From assembly GCA_963827235.1 (NCBI GenBank), contig CAWHAE010000012.1, positions 64,001 to 128,000 on the forward strand: 64,000 bases of DNA, written 5' to 3'. The notes beneath the pieces were generated by a model. That model saw only the letters and a program-made list of their open reading frames with translations. It had not been told where the DNA came from and did not search any database. Made by a program: the position numbers and the translations under genes. This stretch comes from an uncultured bacterium (lineage in GTDB: Bacteria > Chloroflexota > UBA5177 > JANWHV01). Below, piece after piece: positions 29,162-39,807 of this stretch (positions are counted from its first letter, which is position 1; the number at the start of each line of letters is the position of its first letter).

Positions 29162-29554
29162 ATGCCGCTCACACCGCGATTTGCGTTCGCCTTGGCGTAT
29201 GTCTCAGATATTGAGGCGGCCAAGCGGTTCTACACCGATGTCATTGGGCTCACGGTCGAACGGGAAGCACCGGTATTTGTCCAGTTTATTGACCGAGCGG
29301 GCACCCGTTTTGCCGTCGCGAGCGACGAGTCGTTGAGTGGCGAGCGCGGCGTGGAGCTGTACTGGGTCGTGGACGATGCCGAGGCCGCCTTCCGGGAACT
29401 GGCGCCCAAAGCGGAGGTCCGACTCCCGCTCACGCAGAAACCGTTCGGCACGATCTTTGGCCTGAGTGATCCAGCCGGGCATCCGCAATACCTGATCGAG
29501 TTCGCTGCAAACCGGCCAAGCGAGCTGCGCGAATCGGGCCAAGCAGGCAAGTGA
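29162..29554 (+). CDS. VOC/glyoxalase family protein
   Basis: YVSDIEAAKRFY..V.GL, V.D...A, PFG..F...DPAG; GAGGAGG RBS. Confidence 0.88.
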   Translation: MPLTPRFAFALAYVSDIEAAKRFYTDVIGLTVEREAPVFVQFIDRAGTRFAVASDESLSGERGVELYWVVDDAEAAFRELAPKAEVRLPLTQKPFGTIFGLSDPAGHPQYLIEFAANRPSELRESGQAGK

Positions 29555-29976
29555 CAGCATCACCTACGTAGCCCTGAACGAGCGACGCCACTGTGTGCGG
29601 CACCGGCTTGCCTTTCTCAGCACCAGTCGCGGCTGAGTTTGCCTGAGTAGATGTACAGGCCGTTCGCCACGCTGCCGCCTCCGGTGCGCCTTTGCTTCCC
29701 TGTGTCGGCGTCGCCCTCACCGGGGGCATGTCGTTGACGAGTGTATCTCAGTATCGATGCCTGCCGCGCCGTCGCAGCCACGGTGGCGATGTGACGTCGT
29801 CGGCTGTCAGAAAGCGGTCGGCGCGTTGACTTCGAGTTTGGGGTGAAGGCAAGGGCGGTCGCGGCGCCGCAGGGCGGCGGTATTGCCGGTCGCCTGCCCG
29901 ATATTTGCCCTGCAGGTATATTCGCAAGTGTTGGGAGGAACGCTGCCGGCGTGAGGAGCAACCGAGCCCGAGACTG

Positions 29977-32900
29977 ATGCCCAGAATTCCCGCACACACG
30001 CTCGTCTGGTCCGAAGAACTACGGCTCTATGAGCACTACACGCGAGGTCGGCGTGAGCGATCGGTGCGACCAGCAGATGACGCCGATTGGCAGGGCTGGC
30101 TGGCTCTGGCCGGCTCCTTCGCCTTCCATGGCGCCTCGGGCAGTCTGAACGTCTACCAGGAAGCCCGCCCGCGGGGCGGAAGGTACTGGTATGCCTACCA
30201 CACCGTCGGCAGGCGCACCCGCAAGCGGTACCTGGGATCGTCGGCCGGGATAACGCTCGCCCGCCTGGAAGAAACCGCGGGATCTCTCGCAGGCGAGACC
30301 GCGGCGTCCGTTCCGGCCGGCGCAGATGCCGGGCCACCGGCTGTGCAGCATTTCCCGATTCTGGCAAGCTCACTGGCTCCGCCGCATCTTCCGCACGCGG
30401 TGGTGGAGCGGCAGCGCTTGCTGGCCCTGCTCGACGGTGCGCTGTCGACCCCGCTGGTGCTGCTCTCGGCAGCGGCCGGCTGGGGCAAGACGACAGTGCT
30501 CACCGCATGGGCGAGCAGGCGCGCCGGCCCCGTCGCCTGGCTCTCGCTCAGCGAGCCAGACATGAGCGTGGCGCGCTTTTGGGCCGCACTGATCGCGGCG
30601 TTGCGCCGCAGCGACGCCTACGCGCCAGGCATGGGGGACACAGCGGCGGCGCTGCTGCAGTCGCCCCAGCCGCCACCGCTCTCCGCATGCGTGTCGGCCC
30701 TGCTGCGCGATCTGGACCGTTGTACGGCAAATCAGGGCCCGGTGGTACTCATCGTGGACGACTATCACGTGCTCGGCGACCCGGTAGTCCATGAGGGTAT
30801 GGGCTTCTTCCTGGAGCATCTGCCGGCGCATCTGCACGTGATCGTCTCCAGCCGGATAGATCCACCATTGCCCCTCGCGCGATGGCGCGTGCGCGGACAG
30901 CTCACCGAGATTCGCGCCGCGGATCTGCGCTTTGAGCTGGACGAGGCGCAGCGCTTGCTGGGTGCGCTTCTCTCTCCTCCGCTCGCGGACCACGAGGTGC
31001 ATGTGCTGGTCCAGCGTACGGAGGGCTGGGCCGCCGGACTCCACCTGGCAGCACTGGCCGCGCGGCAACGCATGGACCGCGCGGCGTTTGTGCAGGCGCT
31101 GACCGGCAGCCAGGGTTACCTGCTGGACTACGTACAAGAGGAGATCCTGAGTCGCTTGCCCCCGGACGCGCGCGACTTCCTGCTGCAAACCGCCGTCGTC
31201 ACGCCGCTCGACGCGCCTTTGTGCCAGGCCGTGACCGCACAGTGTACGAGCGCTATAAGCCGGCAGATGCTCACGCTCCTGGAGCGCGGCAATCTCTTCC
31301 TGGTTCCTCTGGACGAGCAGCGGGTCGTCTATCGTTTGCACGATCTGTTTCGCGAGGCGCTACTGGCGGTACTGCACGCCACGCAGCCGGAGATGGTGCC
31401 GATCCTGCATCACCGCGCGGCCGACTATTACGTGGCAGCAGGTCAGTGGCCTGACGCTATCGGCCATGCGATCGCCGCCACCGAGTATGGTCTGGCGGCA
31501 CGATTGCTCGCGCAGACGGCCGAGCAGTTCTGGCTGCGCGGAGAAGCGGCGAGGATGGCGAACTGGGTGCTGGCGCTCCCGCATTGGCTGGTGCGCGAGC
31601 ACGCCCAGCTGGTCCTGACCACGGCGCTCCACCTGCTCAACACCGTGGCGCAGACAACGCAGGAGCAGCGTGCCAGAGTCCAGCAGCAGGCGCGGCAGCT
31701 CATGGCCCGGGTCGAGGGCGCGCTGCTCCCGGTGGTGGGCGATGCCGGCGACCGGCACACTACCGCCCCGGCGGCTGCGCTCGGGGATGTACGTGTGGAC
31801 GAGCAAGCGCCCCGCCCAGACGAGGCGTTGCTGCGGCGGCGGCTGCGCCTGCTGCACCTGTTCCTGGTGGGGAGCGACGCGACGGCGCACGGTGACCTCG
31901 AGCGGCTGAGGAGCCTGGAGCCGGAGATAGAAGAGGAGCTGGACGCAGAGGACGAGCCTCTCTGGAAGATGGTGCCGCTCGCCCACAGCTTCGTGCTGCA
32001 TTTTGCCGTCCGGGGCGAGGGAGCGCGGCTGCTGCCACGGCTGCTGGACGCGAAAGAGCGAGCACACAGGGCGGGCAGCCGCTACGCCACGCTCAAGGTC
32101 ATGCAATGGCTGGCTCTGGCGGCTCTGCAGGCGGGTCAGCTGCGGCTGGCCTATCGCGAGAGCCTTGCGGCCCTGGACCTGATCGAGCAGGTAGCCGGAT
32201 ACGCCCTGCTCACGGGGTACTTTGAGCTGGTCCTGGCACAGGTGCTCTACCAGTGGAACCGGCTGGAGGAGGCGCAAGCACGGCTGCACGCGGTGCTGCA
32301 GGCCGCCACGGCCTGGCACGCCTGGCAGCAGGTCGACCTGCTTGGGGCCGGCTACATCGAGCTGCTTCACGTCGCACTCGCCAAGCGCGACGAGACCCTG
32401 GCACGGCAGGCACTGGGAGAGGTAGAGCAGCTGGTCGAGCGCGAGCGCTTTGGTCATCATCCGGGCTGGTTGCCGGCGGTGCGCGCCGAATGGTGGCTGT
32501 CACAGGGACGCGTCGAGGAGGCAGCCGCCTGGGCTGTCGACGCCGACTTTCCCGTGGTGACCTGGGTCGGCGCCGCGCACGCGGCGTTCCGCGTGGTTAT
32601 CCGCGTGTATTTCGCGCAGCGGCGCTGGCGGGAAGCGGTGATCCGGCTGGAGCAATGGCGCGACCGCCTGGATCGCTCTCTCGCGAGCGAGGATACGATC
32701 GCGTTCCTTGCTCAGTCGCTGGTCGCCCGCTACCATGCCGGCGACGAAGAGCAGGCGCGCGCGGTCGCAGCGCGCCTGCTGGCGCTGACGCGGGATGAAG
32801 GCCACCGGCGGGTGTTCCTGGACGAGGGGGAGCCCATGCGCCAGGCGCTCCTGGCGCTGCACCCGTCGCGCGCAGCGTGCGAAAGTCAGGATCCTACAGC

Positions 32901-33180
32901 CAGGACCCATGTTGCCGCGGTCCTGGCCGCCTTCCCACAGCAGGAGCCGGCCACGACCATCTCGCTGCCGAGGGCAGCCGCGTCGAGTGCCGCGCTCACC
33001 CGGCGAGAGCGGGAGGTGCTGCACCTGCTCGCCACCGGCGCCTCGAACCAGGAGATTGCGACGACCCTGGTCATCGAACTCTCCACGGTCAAGAAGCACG
33101 TGAGCAATCTGCTCGGCAAGCTGGGCGCCCGCAGTCGCACCCAGGTAGCCATCCGGGCGCGCGATCTCGCGCTGTTCTGA
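29977..33180 (+). CDS. MalT-like ATP-dependent LuxR regulator with an extra N-terminal domain
   Basis: YWYAY....RKRYLG N-domain, AAAGWGKTT, LIVDDYH, TEGWAAGL, C-terminal LT.RE.EVL..A.G.SNQEIA HTH. Confidence 0.92.
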   Translation: MPRIPAHTLVWSEELRLYEHYTRGRRERSVRPADDADWQGWLALAGSFAFHGASGSLNVYQEARPRGGRYWYAYHTVGRRTRKRYLGSSAGITLARLEETAGSLAGETAASVPAGADAGPPAVQHFPILASSLAPPHLPHAVVERQRLLALLDGALSTPLVLLSAAAGWGKTTVLTAWASRRAGPVAWLSLSEPDMSVARFWAALIAALRRSDAYAPGMGDTAAALLQSPQPPPLSACVSALLRDLDRCTANQGPVVLIVDDYHVLGDPVVHEGMGFFLEHLPAHLHVIVSSRIDPPLPLARWRVRGQLTEIRAADLRFELDEAQRLLGALLSPPLADHEVHVLVQRTEGWAAGLHLAALAARQRMDRAAFVQALTGSQGYLLDYVQEEILSRLPPDARDFLLQTAVVTPLDAPLCQAVTAQCTSAISRQMLTLLERGNLFLVPLDEQRVVYRLHDLFREALLAVLHATQPEMVPILHHRAADYYVAAGQWPDAIGHAIAATEYGLAARLLAQTAEQFWLRGEAARMANWVLALPHWLVREHAQLVLTTALHLLNTVAQTTQEQRARVQQQARQLMARVEGALLPVVGDAGDRHTTAPAAALGDVRVDEQAPRPDEALLRRRLRLLHLFLVGSDATAHGDLERLRSLEPEIEEELDAEDEPLWKMVPLAHSFVLHFAVRGEGARLLPRLLDAKERAHRAGSRYATLKVMQWLALAALQAGQLRLAYRESLAALDLIEQVAGYALLTGYFELVLAQVLYQWNRLEEAQARLHAVLQAATAWHAWQQVDLLGAGYIELLHVALAKRDETLARQALGEVEQLVERERFGHHPGWLPAVRAEWWLSQGRVEEAAAWAVDADFPVVTWVGAAHAAFRVVIRVYFAQRRWREAVIRLEQWRDRLDRSLASEDTIAFLAQSLVARYHAGDEEQARAVAARLLALTRDEGHRRVFLDEGEPMRQALLALHPSRAACESQDPTARTHVAAVLAAFPQQEPATTISLPRAAASSAALTRREREVLHLLATGASNQEIATTLVIELSTVKKHVSNLLGKLGARSRTQVAIRARDLALF

Positions 33181-33529
33181 GATGGTTCCTCCCAACGACC
33201 AGGCGGGCCGGGCCGCGACGCTCCGTGCAGTAGACTTTTGGCGGCTGTCTGGTATCTGTCGGCTCTCTATGCTGATCGCAGGAGCGAATCAGCGGAGATG
33301 GGGGGACAGCAATGGACGATGCCGGCCGGATACCGGAACACCTTCGCCAGTTGTCGCGTCGCCAGGTTTGGCACTCTGAGCTTGCCAAGAGGGGGGTATG
33401 ATGGCGCTCTGGGCCTATCGGCAGATGCGGCGGACGCTGGCCGCGCGGGCCGTAGCAGCATCCGCGCCGCGCGGACTCGCCGCGGTGCGCGCCGTGCCAC
33501 GCGAGGCGCGCACCGCGGGAGGATCATCC

Positions 33530-34450
33530 GTGAATGCGGATGCCGCCATCAGCGTGCGCGGCTTGCACAAGGCGTATGGTGATCGCGACGCCGTGCGCGG
33601 CATCGACTTCGACGTGCAGCACGGCGAGATACTGGCCCTTCTGGGACCAAACGGCGCGGGGAAAACCACCACCGTCGAGATCCTCGAGGGATATCGCCAG
33701 CGCTCCGCCGGACTGGTGCAGGTACTTGGCGAAGACCCGGCCAGCGCACCGCTCCTGTGGCGCGATCGGATCGGCATCGTGCTGCAGGAGTCCGAGATAG
33801 AGCCGGACCTGAGGGCCGAGGAATGCGTCGAGCTGTACGCCGGCTACCACCTCCACCCCAAGCCCGTACGGGAAACGCTGGAACTGGTAGGCCTGACAGG
33901 GCAGGCTTCGACGCGCGGCTCGCACCTGAGCGGCGGGCAGCGGCGTCGCCTGGACGTAGCGCTCGCGCTCATCGGCGACCCCGAGCTGATCTTTCTCGAT
34001 GAGCCGACGACGGGCTTCGATCCGTCGGCTCGGCGCCAGGCCTGGGAGGTCGTGGCCGGGCTGAGACACCTGGGCAAAACGATCCTTCTCACCACCCACT
34101 ACATGGATGAAGCTGAGTATCTGGCCGACCGGATCATCGTCGTCGCGGGAGGGACCATCGTGGCAGAGGGCCCGCCCCAGACCCTGGCAGGCCGTGAGAT
34201 GCGGCCCGCTACTGTGACCTTCACACTTCCCGTCGGCGTCGATCCGGGCTCGCTGCCGGCCACGCTTCTGCCGCTCTCGCCCTCGGCACGAGACGGCCGG
34301 GTGCGCCTGGCCAGCGAGCAGCCTCTTTCCGACCTGGCGCTGCTGGCATCTTGGGCGCGCGAGCGCGGCATCGATCTGCCTGACGTCGAGGTCAAGCGTC
34401 CGACGCTCGAAGACATCTATATCGAGCTTACGGAGGAGAAGTCCGCATGA
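33530..34450 (+). CDS. ABC-2 exporter ATP-binding protein
   Basis: GPNGAGKTT, LSGGQ, DEPT, TTHYM. Confidence 0.93.
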   Translation: MNADAAISVRGLHKAYGDRDAVRGIDFDVQHGEILALLGPNGAGKTTTVEILEGYRQRSAGLVQVLGEDPASAPLLWRDRIGIVLQESEIEPDLRAEECVELYAGYHLHPKPVRETLELVGLTGQASTRGSHLSGGQRRRLDVALALIGDPELIFLDEPTTGFDPSARRQAWEVVAGLRHLGKTILLTTHYMDEAEYLADRIIVVAGGTIVAEGPPQTLAGREMRPATVTFTLPVGVDPGSLPATLLPLSPSARDGRVRLASEQPLSDLALLASWARERGIDLPDVEVKRPTLEDIYIELTEEKSA

Positions 34451-35274
34451 GTCCGGCCATGAGCATCACCACCACCCGCGCCACGGGACGCACGCCGGCA
34501 GCGCTGCTGGCGCTGGTCGGGCATCAGTTTACCTTCGAGCTGCGCAGCTTCCGGCGCAACCGGCAGGCGCGCTTCTTCACCGTGATTCTTCCGGTGCTCT
34601 TCCTGGTGATCTTCATCACCGTCTTCGGCAACGGCACGGTGCATCTGTCAAGCGGCGTTAGGGTCAAGACATCGACCTACTATGTACCCGGGCTGACCGC
34701 GATGGGCATCATCTCGGCCTCATTTGCCAGCCTGGTCGTGTCGGTGGTAGCGCAGCGGGAGTCGGGCATCCTGAAGCGGCGGCGTGCAGCACCTGTCCCG
34801 GCCTGGGTGCTTATCCTTGGCCGGGCGCTGCTCGCCGTACTCACAGCGCTGTTCATGTGTGTGCTCCTGCTCGCCATCGGCAGCATCTTCTTCGGCGTGA
34901 GTCTGCCCACGCGCACGATACCGGCGGTGGTAGCGGCAGCAGTTCTTGGGGCGATTGCCTGCTGCAGCGTCGGCTTCGCCATGGCGAGCTTCATCGGCAA
35001 CCTGGACTCAGCGCAACCAGTTGTGCAAGCTATCTTGCTGCCGCTGTATTTCATCTCCGGCGTCTTCGTGCCGCAGAGCGAGATATCTTCGTGGCTCAGC
35101 ACTCTCGCCGGCGTGTTCCCGGTGCGTCACCTAAGCGGCGCCCTCGTGGCAGCGTACGATCCCGGCACTACGGGCTCGGGCATCAGCGGAGCCGACCTAG
35201 CCGTGCTGGCAGCCTGGGCGGCCGGCGGACTCGTGGTGGCGCTTCTACGCTTCTCCTGGGAGCCTCACGATTGA
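34447..35274 (+). CDS. ABC-2 exporter permease
   Basis: Six TM helices; RESGILKR; overlaps the ATPase stop. Confidence 0.9.
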   Translation: MSPAMSITTTRATGRTPAALLALVGHQFTFELRSFRRNRQARFFTVILPVLFLVIFITVFGNGTVHLSSGVRVKTSTYYVPGLTAMGIISASFASLVVSVVAQRESGILKRRRAAPVPAWVLILGRALLAVLTALFMCVLLLAIGSIFFGVSLPTRTIPAVVAAAVLGAIACCSVGFAMASFIGNLDSAQPVVQAILLPLYFISGVFVPQSEISSWLSTLAGVFPVRHLSGALVAAYDPGTTGSGISGADLAVLAAWAAGGLVVALLRFSWEPHD

Positions 35275-35945
35275 TGCATCTTCCGGTCGTTTGTGGACCG
35301 CGCCGGCGCACGCCAGCCTAATAAGTCCATATTTGTCGAAGCACCAGCTATCGACCATCGTCTATTGGCTTGACCAGGGTGCGAAGAACAACTGTCTACT
35401 ACAAGCTCATCCACGCTATCGCCCTATCAGGCAGACCAGTTCGACCTGCACGCTCGCCGTCGGCCCGAAGTCCGCGGTACTACCATGTGCTTGTCGGATG
35501 TGGGACCACTGCCGGCGCACAGGACGTCAGGCGGACACCCGCCGCGATGCCTTTTGCAGCCGGCTCCGGTAGCCGTTGAGGCCGGAGCAATAGGGGGTGG
35601 CGTACGTGCAGGTCCGGCCGGCGCGGCTGCAGCATGTGCAGCAGCCGCATGGTGGCCAGGGCGCTCGTGGGCATTGCGACGTCGGCCGCTGGTTGGTTGA
35701 GCGCTTCATAGAGGTCCAATGGGATCAGGGCGGTATCGCGGTAGGCGAGTGCATGGAAATGGAAGGCCGCTGTGCGCGCAACGACCCTCTGGCGAACCCG
35801 CCCGAGCGGCAGATCAGCCTCGTTCGGCGCGCACGCGAGGGGCGCATGTGTGCACCCTCCGCGACGAGTAATTGGCGCGAATGGCGTGAGCGGCAGCACC
35901 GTCGAGGACGACCCCGCCGACGCCCTGGTCTCCGCGGAGGCGATT

Positions 35946-36437
35946 CTACAGCTTGTACCCGATCATGCGCAGGAAGTCTTTGCGTTGCACCTTGGCCGCT
36001 TCGTCCTCGATGCCCAACGGCGACTGACCGTCTATCACGCCCACAATGCCCCGCCCTTGTTCGGTCTCTGCCACGATGACCTGGAGCGGGTTGGCCGTCG
36101 CGCAGAAGATACGGCACACCTCGGGCACGTTCTTGACGGCATTCAGCACGTTAATCGGGAAGGCATTCCCCAGGAAGATGATAAACGCGTGCCCCGCGCC
36201 GATCGCTTGAGCCGTCCTCTCAGCCAAGCCAGTCAGCTCTGCATCAGTGCCGGCTGACCGCACGAGCCGCGGGCCGGATGCCTCGCAGAAAGCCAGGCCG
36301 AACTTGATCCCAGGCACACTGTTGACCACTGCCTCAAAGACATCTTCGATGGTTTTGATGAAGTTGCTTTGCCCGAGGATGAGATTGAGGTCCGGGTCAG
36401 GTCTTTCGATAGGGACAAGAGAGAGCTGGACAGGCAT
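35946..36437 (-). CDS. COG1839 / adenosine-specific kinase family protein, copy 2 (probable original)
   Basis: Identical protein to 24577-25068. Confidence 0.92.
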   Translation of the reverse strand: MPVQLSLVPIERPDPDLNLILGQSNFIKTIEDVFEAVVNSVPGIKFGLAFCEASGPRLVRSAGTDAELTGLAERTAQAIGAGHAFIIFLGNAFPINVLNAVKNVPEVCRIFCATANPLQVIVAETEQGRGIVGVIDGQSPLGIEDEAAKVQRKDFLRMIGYKL

Positions 36438-36787
36438 ATGACCTCCGAAAGCTGTGGCAATTAGTGGTCATAGTCTACCGCCGAGTGCTCTCATCCGCAA
36501 CGAAGGGAGTCACCTGCTCCAGGCGGAAGGGACGCCGCGCAATAAACTTGCAGGCATACTGAAGTGTGGGATGGCTGTCGCTGCAACCGCCTGGTAGGGA
36601 GTGCCGGCTGGCGACGTCAACCCACACCTCCTCCACATATTCGCGCAGAGGGACCTGAGCGCCTCTCACGGGTGGGGAAATCGCCTCCGGCTGCGCCGGA
36701 CGGCAGGCATGCCCCGACCACGCCCGCTTGCCGGGGTCTTGTTCAGCGGAGATCGCCCCGGCAACAGCCGGAGGCCGGTCGGCCGCC

Positions 36788-38416
36788 TCAGCGCATGTAT
36801 GGATACCGGTAATCGCGCGCAGGATCGAAGGTTTCCTTGATCGATCGCGGGCTCGCCCAGCGGATCAGGTTCCACATCGAGCCGGCCTTGTCGTTGGTGC
36901 CCGACGCCCGCGCGCCGCCGAACGGTTGCTGCCCGACCACGGCGCCCGTAGGCTTGTCGTTCACGTAGAAGTTGCCTGCCGCGTGGCGAAGGGCGCCGCT
37001 TGCCTGGAGAATCGCCCGTCGATCCCGGGCAAACACGGCCCCGGTGAGCGCGTACGGGCCGGTGGCGTCGATAAGCTTCAGGGTCGCTTCATATTCGTGA
37101 TCGGGATACACGTACGCGGTGAGGATCGGTCCGAACAGCTCCTCGCGCAGCAGCCGGTACGCGGGGTCGCGAGTCACGATCAGGGTCGGCTGCACGAAGT
37201 AGCCGGTCGTGTCGTCGGTGCCGCCGCCGGCCATGATGTCCGCCGCGGCACTGCCGCGCGCCTCCTCGATGGCCTGCCGGTGCGTGGCGAAAGCGGCGTC
37301 ATCGATCACCGCGCACATGAAGTTGTGGAAGTCGGTCGGGGCGCCCATGGGAATGGAAGCGATGTCCTCGACCAGCCGTTCGCTCAGCCTGGGCCAAAGG
37401 CTGGACGGCACGTAGAGCCGGGAAGCCGCGGAGCACTTCTGTCCCTGGTACTCGAAGGCGCCGCGCACGATCGCGGTGGCCAGGGCATCGAGGTCCGCGG
37501 AGCGGTGCGCCACGATGAAGTCTTTGCCGCCGGTCTCTCCCACGAGGCGGGGATAGTTCCGGTAGGCGCCGATATTCGCGCCCACGGTTTGCCACATGCC
37601 CTGAAAGACCGCCGTCGAGCCGGTGAAGTGGATGCCGGCCAGGTCGGGGTGTCGCAATGCCGTCTCGCCGATCTCCGCACCCGGTCCGTGAACGAGGTTG
37701 ATCACCCCGTCCGGCAGGCCGGCCTCTCGTAGCAGGCACATGATCACATGGGCGGAGAAAGCGGCGGTCGAAGCCGGCTTCCACACCACGGTATTGCCCA
37801 ACAGCGCCGGCGCCGTGGGCAGGTTGCCGGCGATAGACGTGAAGTTGAACGGCGTGACCGCGAAGACGAAGCCCTCCAGCGGCCGGTAGTCGAAGCGATT
37901 CCAGGCGCCCGGTCCCGACAGCGGCTGCTCGGCGTAGATGCGTGCCGTGTAGGCGACGTTGAAGCGCCAGAAGTCGCACAGTTCGCAGGCGGCGTCGATC
38001 TCCGCCTGATGCACCGTCTTCGACTGTCCGAGCATGGTGGCGGCGTTCAGCCGGTCACGCCATGGGCCGGCCAGCAGGTTGGCGGCGCGCAGGAGGATGG
38101 CTGCTCGATCCGGCCAGGGCGTCGTCGCCCAGTCCGGCCAGGCGCGGGCGGCTGCCTCGATGGCCGACTGCATCTCCCGCCGACCGCCCTGATGCACGTC
38201 GGCCAGCACGTGGCTTTTCTCATGGGGCATGACGGCGGGACGGAGCCTTCCCGTGCGCACGTCCTCGCCCCCGATGACCAGGGGAATCTCGGCGCGCTCG
38301 GCGCTCATGCGGCCGAGGCACTCTTCCAGGGTGGCGCGCTCGGGTGAGCCGGGCGCGTAGGCGCGCACCGGCTCGTTCAGCGGAATGGGTGGGTTGGCAG
38401 CTCCCGCGATACTCAT
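36788..38416 (-). CDS. pruA: L-glutamate gamma-semialdehyde (P5C) dehydrogenase
   Basis: NEPV..YAPGS.ER, GQSKT..QAEID, PFNFT, FTGST, ETGGK, YQGQKCSA, QPFGG.R.SGTNDKAG. Confidence 0.95.
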   Translation of the reverse strand: MSIAGAANPPIPLNEPVRAYAPGSPERATLEECLGRMSAERAEIPLVIGGEDVRTGRLRPAVMPHEKSHVLADVHQGGRREMQSAIEAAARAWPDWATTPWPDRAAILLRAANLLAGPWRDRLNAATMLGQSKTVHQAEIDAACELCDFWRFNVAYTARIYAEQPLSGPGAWNRFDYRPLEGFVFAVTPFNFTSIAGNLPTAPALLGNTVVWKPASTAAFSAHVIMCLLREAGLPDGVINLVHGPGAEIGETALRHPDLAGIHFTGSTAVFQGMWQTVGANIGAYRNYPRLVGETGGKDFIVAHRSADLDALATAIVRGAFEYQGQKCSAASRLYVPSSLWPRLSERLVEDIASIPMGAPTDFHNFMCAVIDDAAFATHRQAIEEARGSAAADIMAGGGTDDTTGYFVQPTLIVTRDPAYRLLREELFGPILTAYVYPDHEYEATLKLIDATGPYALTGAVFARDRRAILQASGALRHAAGNFYVNDKPTGAVVGQQPFGGARASGTNDKAGSMWNLIRWASPRSIKETFDPARDYRYPYMR

Positions 38417-38700
38417 GGACGCCCTCCAGTTGCCTTGCTTTGCGGCATACGCAGGCGTAGCCCGAAGCGGACCCGGGATCTGGCGCGGCACGTCGTGCGT
38501 GGCGGCGAGCGCCGTCCGAGGGTGCTCAGGCAGGCGACGCAGTGAGTAATATACCAGGGCGTCACGTTGCGCAGGACGATGCTGCTTCGCATCACGGATG
38601 CCGACTGCGTGTACATTAATCTGCGTACGGAAGCCATGGATATGCCGAGCCTCGACGCCCGGCAGGCCAGTCTGTTCTGGAGCCACCCGGGGAGGATCAC

Positions 38701-39336
38701 ATGGAGAAGCTTACGATCGACGCTTACGGCCGGACTGTGACCGGCAAGAAGGTGAAGGCACTTCGGCGCAAAGGCCTCCTGCCCGCCAATCTCTATGGGC
38801 ACAACGTGCCGTCGCAGTCGCTGCAGGTCGATACCACCACGTTCATGCGCTTGCAGCCGCACCTCTCCGCGACCTCACTGCTCACGCTCAAGGTGGACGG
38901 TAAGGCGGAGAGCCTGGTCATGATTCACCGCGTCCAGCATGACTCGTTGACCAGACGGCCAAAGCACATAGAGTTCTTCCAGGTCAACGCGGCGGAGCGC
39001 CTTACCGCGAGCGTTCCTCTGGTCCTCACCGGGGTGCCCGAGGCAGCGCGCAACAACGACGGCTTTGTGCTCCTGCACGAGCTCGCCTCCCTCGAGGTCA
39101 CCTGCCTGCCGGGCGATCTGCCGTCGGCAATCGAGGTGCCTTGTGTAACGCTGGTCGAGGCCGGCGACGCGATCTTCGTGCGCGATCTCGCGATCGACAG
39201 GTCGAAGATCACGGTGCGAGCCGACGGCGCCACGATGATCGTGAGCCTCGCCACGAGCCAGATTGCGCCTGAGGATCAGGTGGCCCCGGCCGCCGAGTCC
39301 GCGCCGAGCGAAGCGGAGGCGGCAAGCGAGTCGTAG
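38701..39336 (+). CDS. rplY: 50S ribosomal protein L25 / Ctc
   Basis: GKKVKALRR.G.LPANLYG, HIEF, LP..IEV; GGAGG RBS. Confidence 0.92.
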   Translation: MEKLTIDAYGRTVTGKKVKALRRKGLLPANLYGHNVPSQSLQVDTTTFMRLQPHLSATSLLTLKVDGKAESLVMIHRVQHDSLTRRPKHIEFFQVNAAERLTASVPLVLTGVPEAARNNDGFVLLHELASLEVTCLPGDLPSAIEVPCVTLVEAGDAIFVRDLAIDRSKITVRADGATMIVSLATSQIAPEDQVAPAAESAPSEAEAASES

Positions 39337-39807
39337 CCGGAGGCAAATCCCCGCGGATCGCGCGGTCCGTCGTCAGGCGCCGAGTCACCCCTGCGGTCCG
39401 GCCGCCCGTCGTGACTCGTCCTCTGTGGAGCGGTCCCTGAGAGCGGTTCGGAGTTCCAGTAATCGGGCAATGCCGTGAAAGCGGCATCGCCCGATTGTGC
39501 TGTGCCGGGGCAAGGCCGGTGCTCCGGCGATCTTGCCTACCTGGCCAGCGTTCACAGCGATCGCCTCGACCGCATTCGTTACCGCCGATGACCGGATCTG
39601 ACCCCAGGGCGTTGCGCGACCGCTGCTATTGCACTATGGTGAGCGCGCGGCGGCAGTAGCATGAACCGCGAGCCGGTATCGCGGTAACCACGCGCAGTTC
39701 TGCCGGTCGTGGACGGCCGCCCGGCACTTCGGTGCGCTTGGTCGCCGGTCGGATTCCGGGCACGTGCGGAGGACGGCAACGTGCCACTCCGAGCAGAGGA
39801 GGAGACG

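Noticed and set aside
35480-35899. Protein-coding gene downstream of COG1839
   Set aside because: No motif or clear RBS; cannot be supported, although not excluded.
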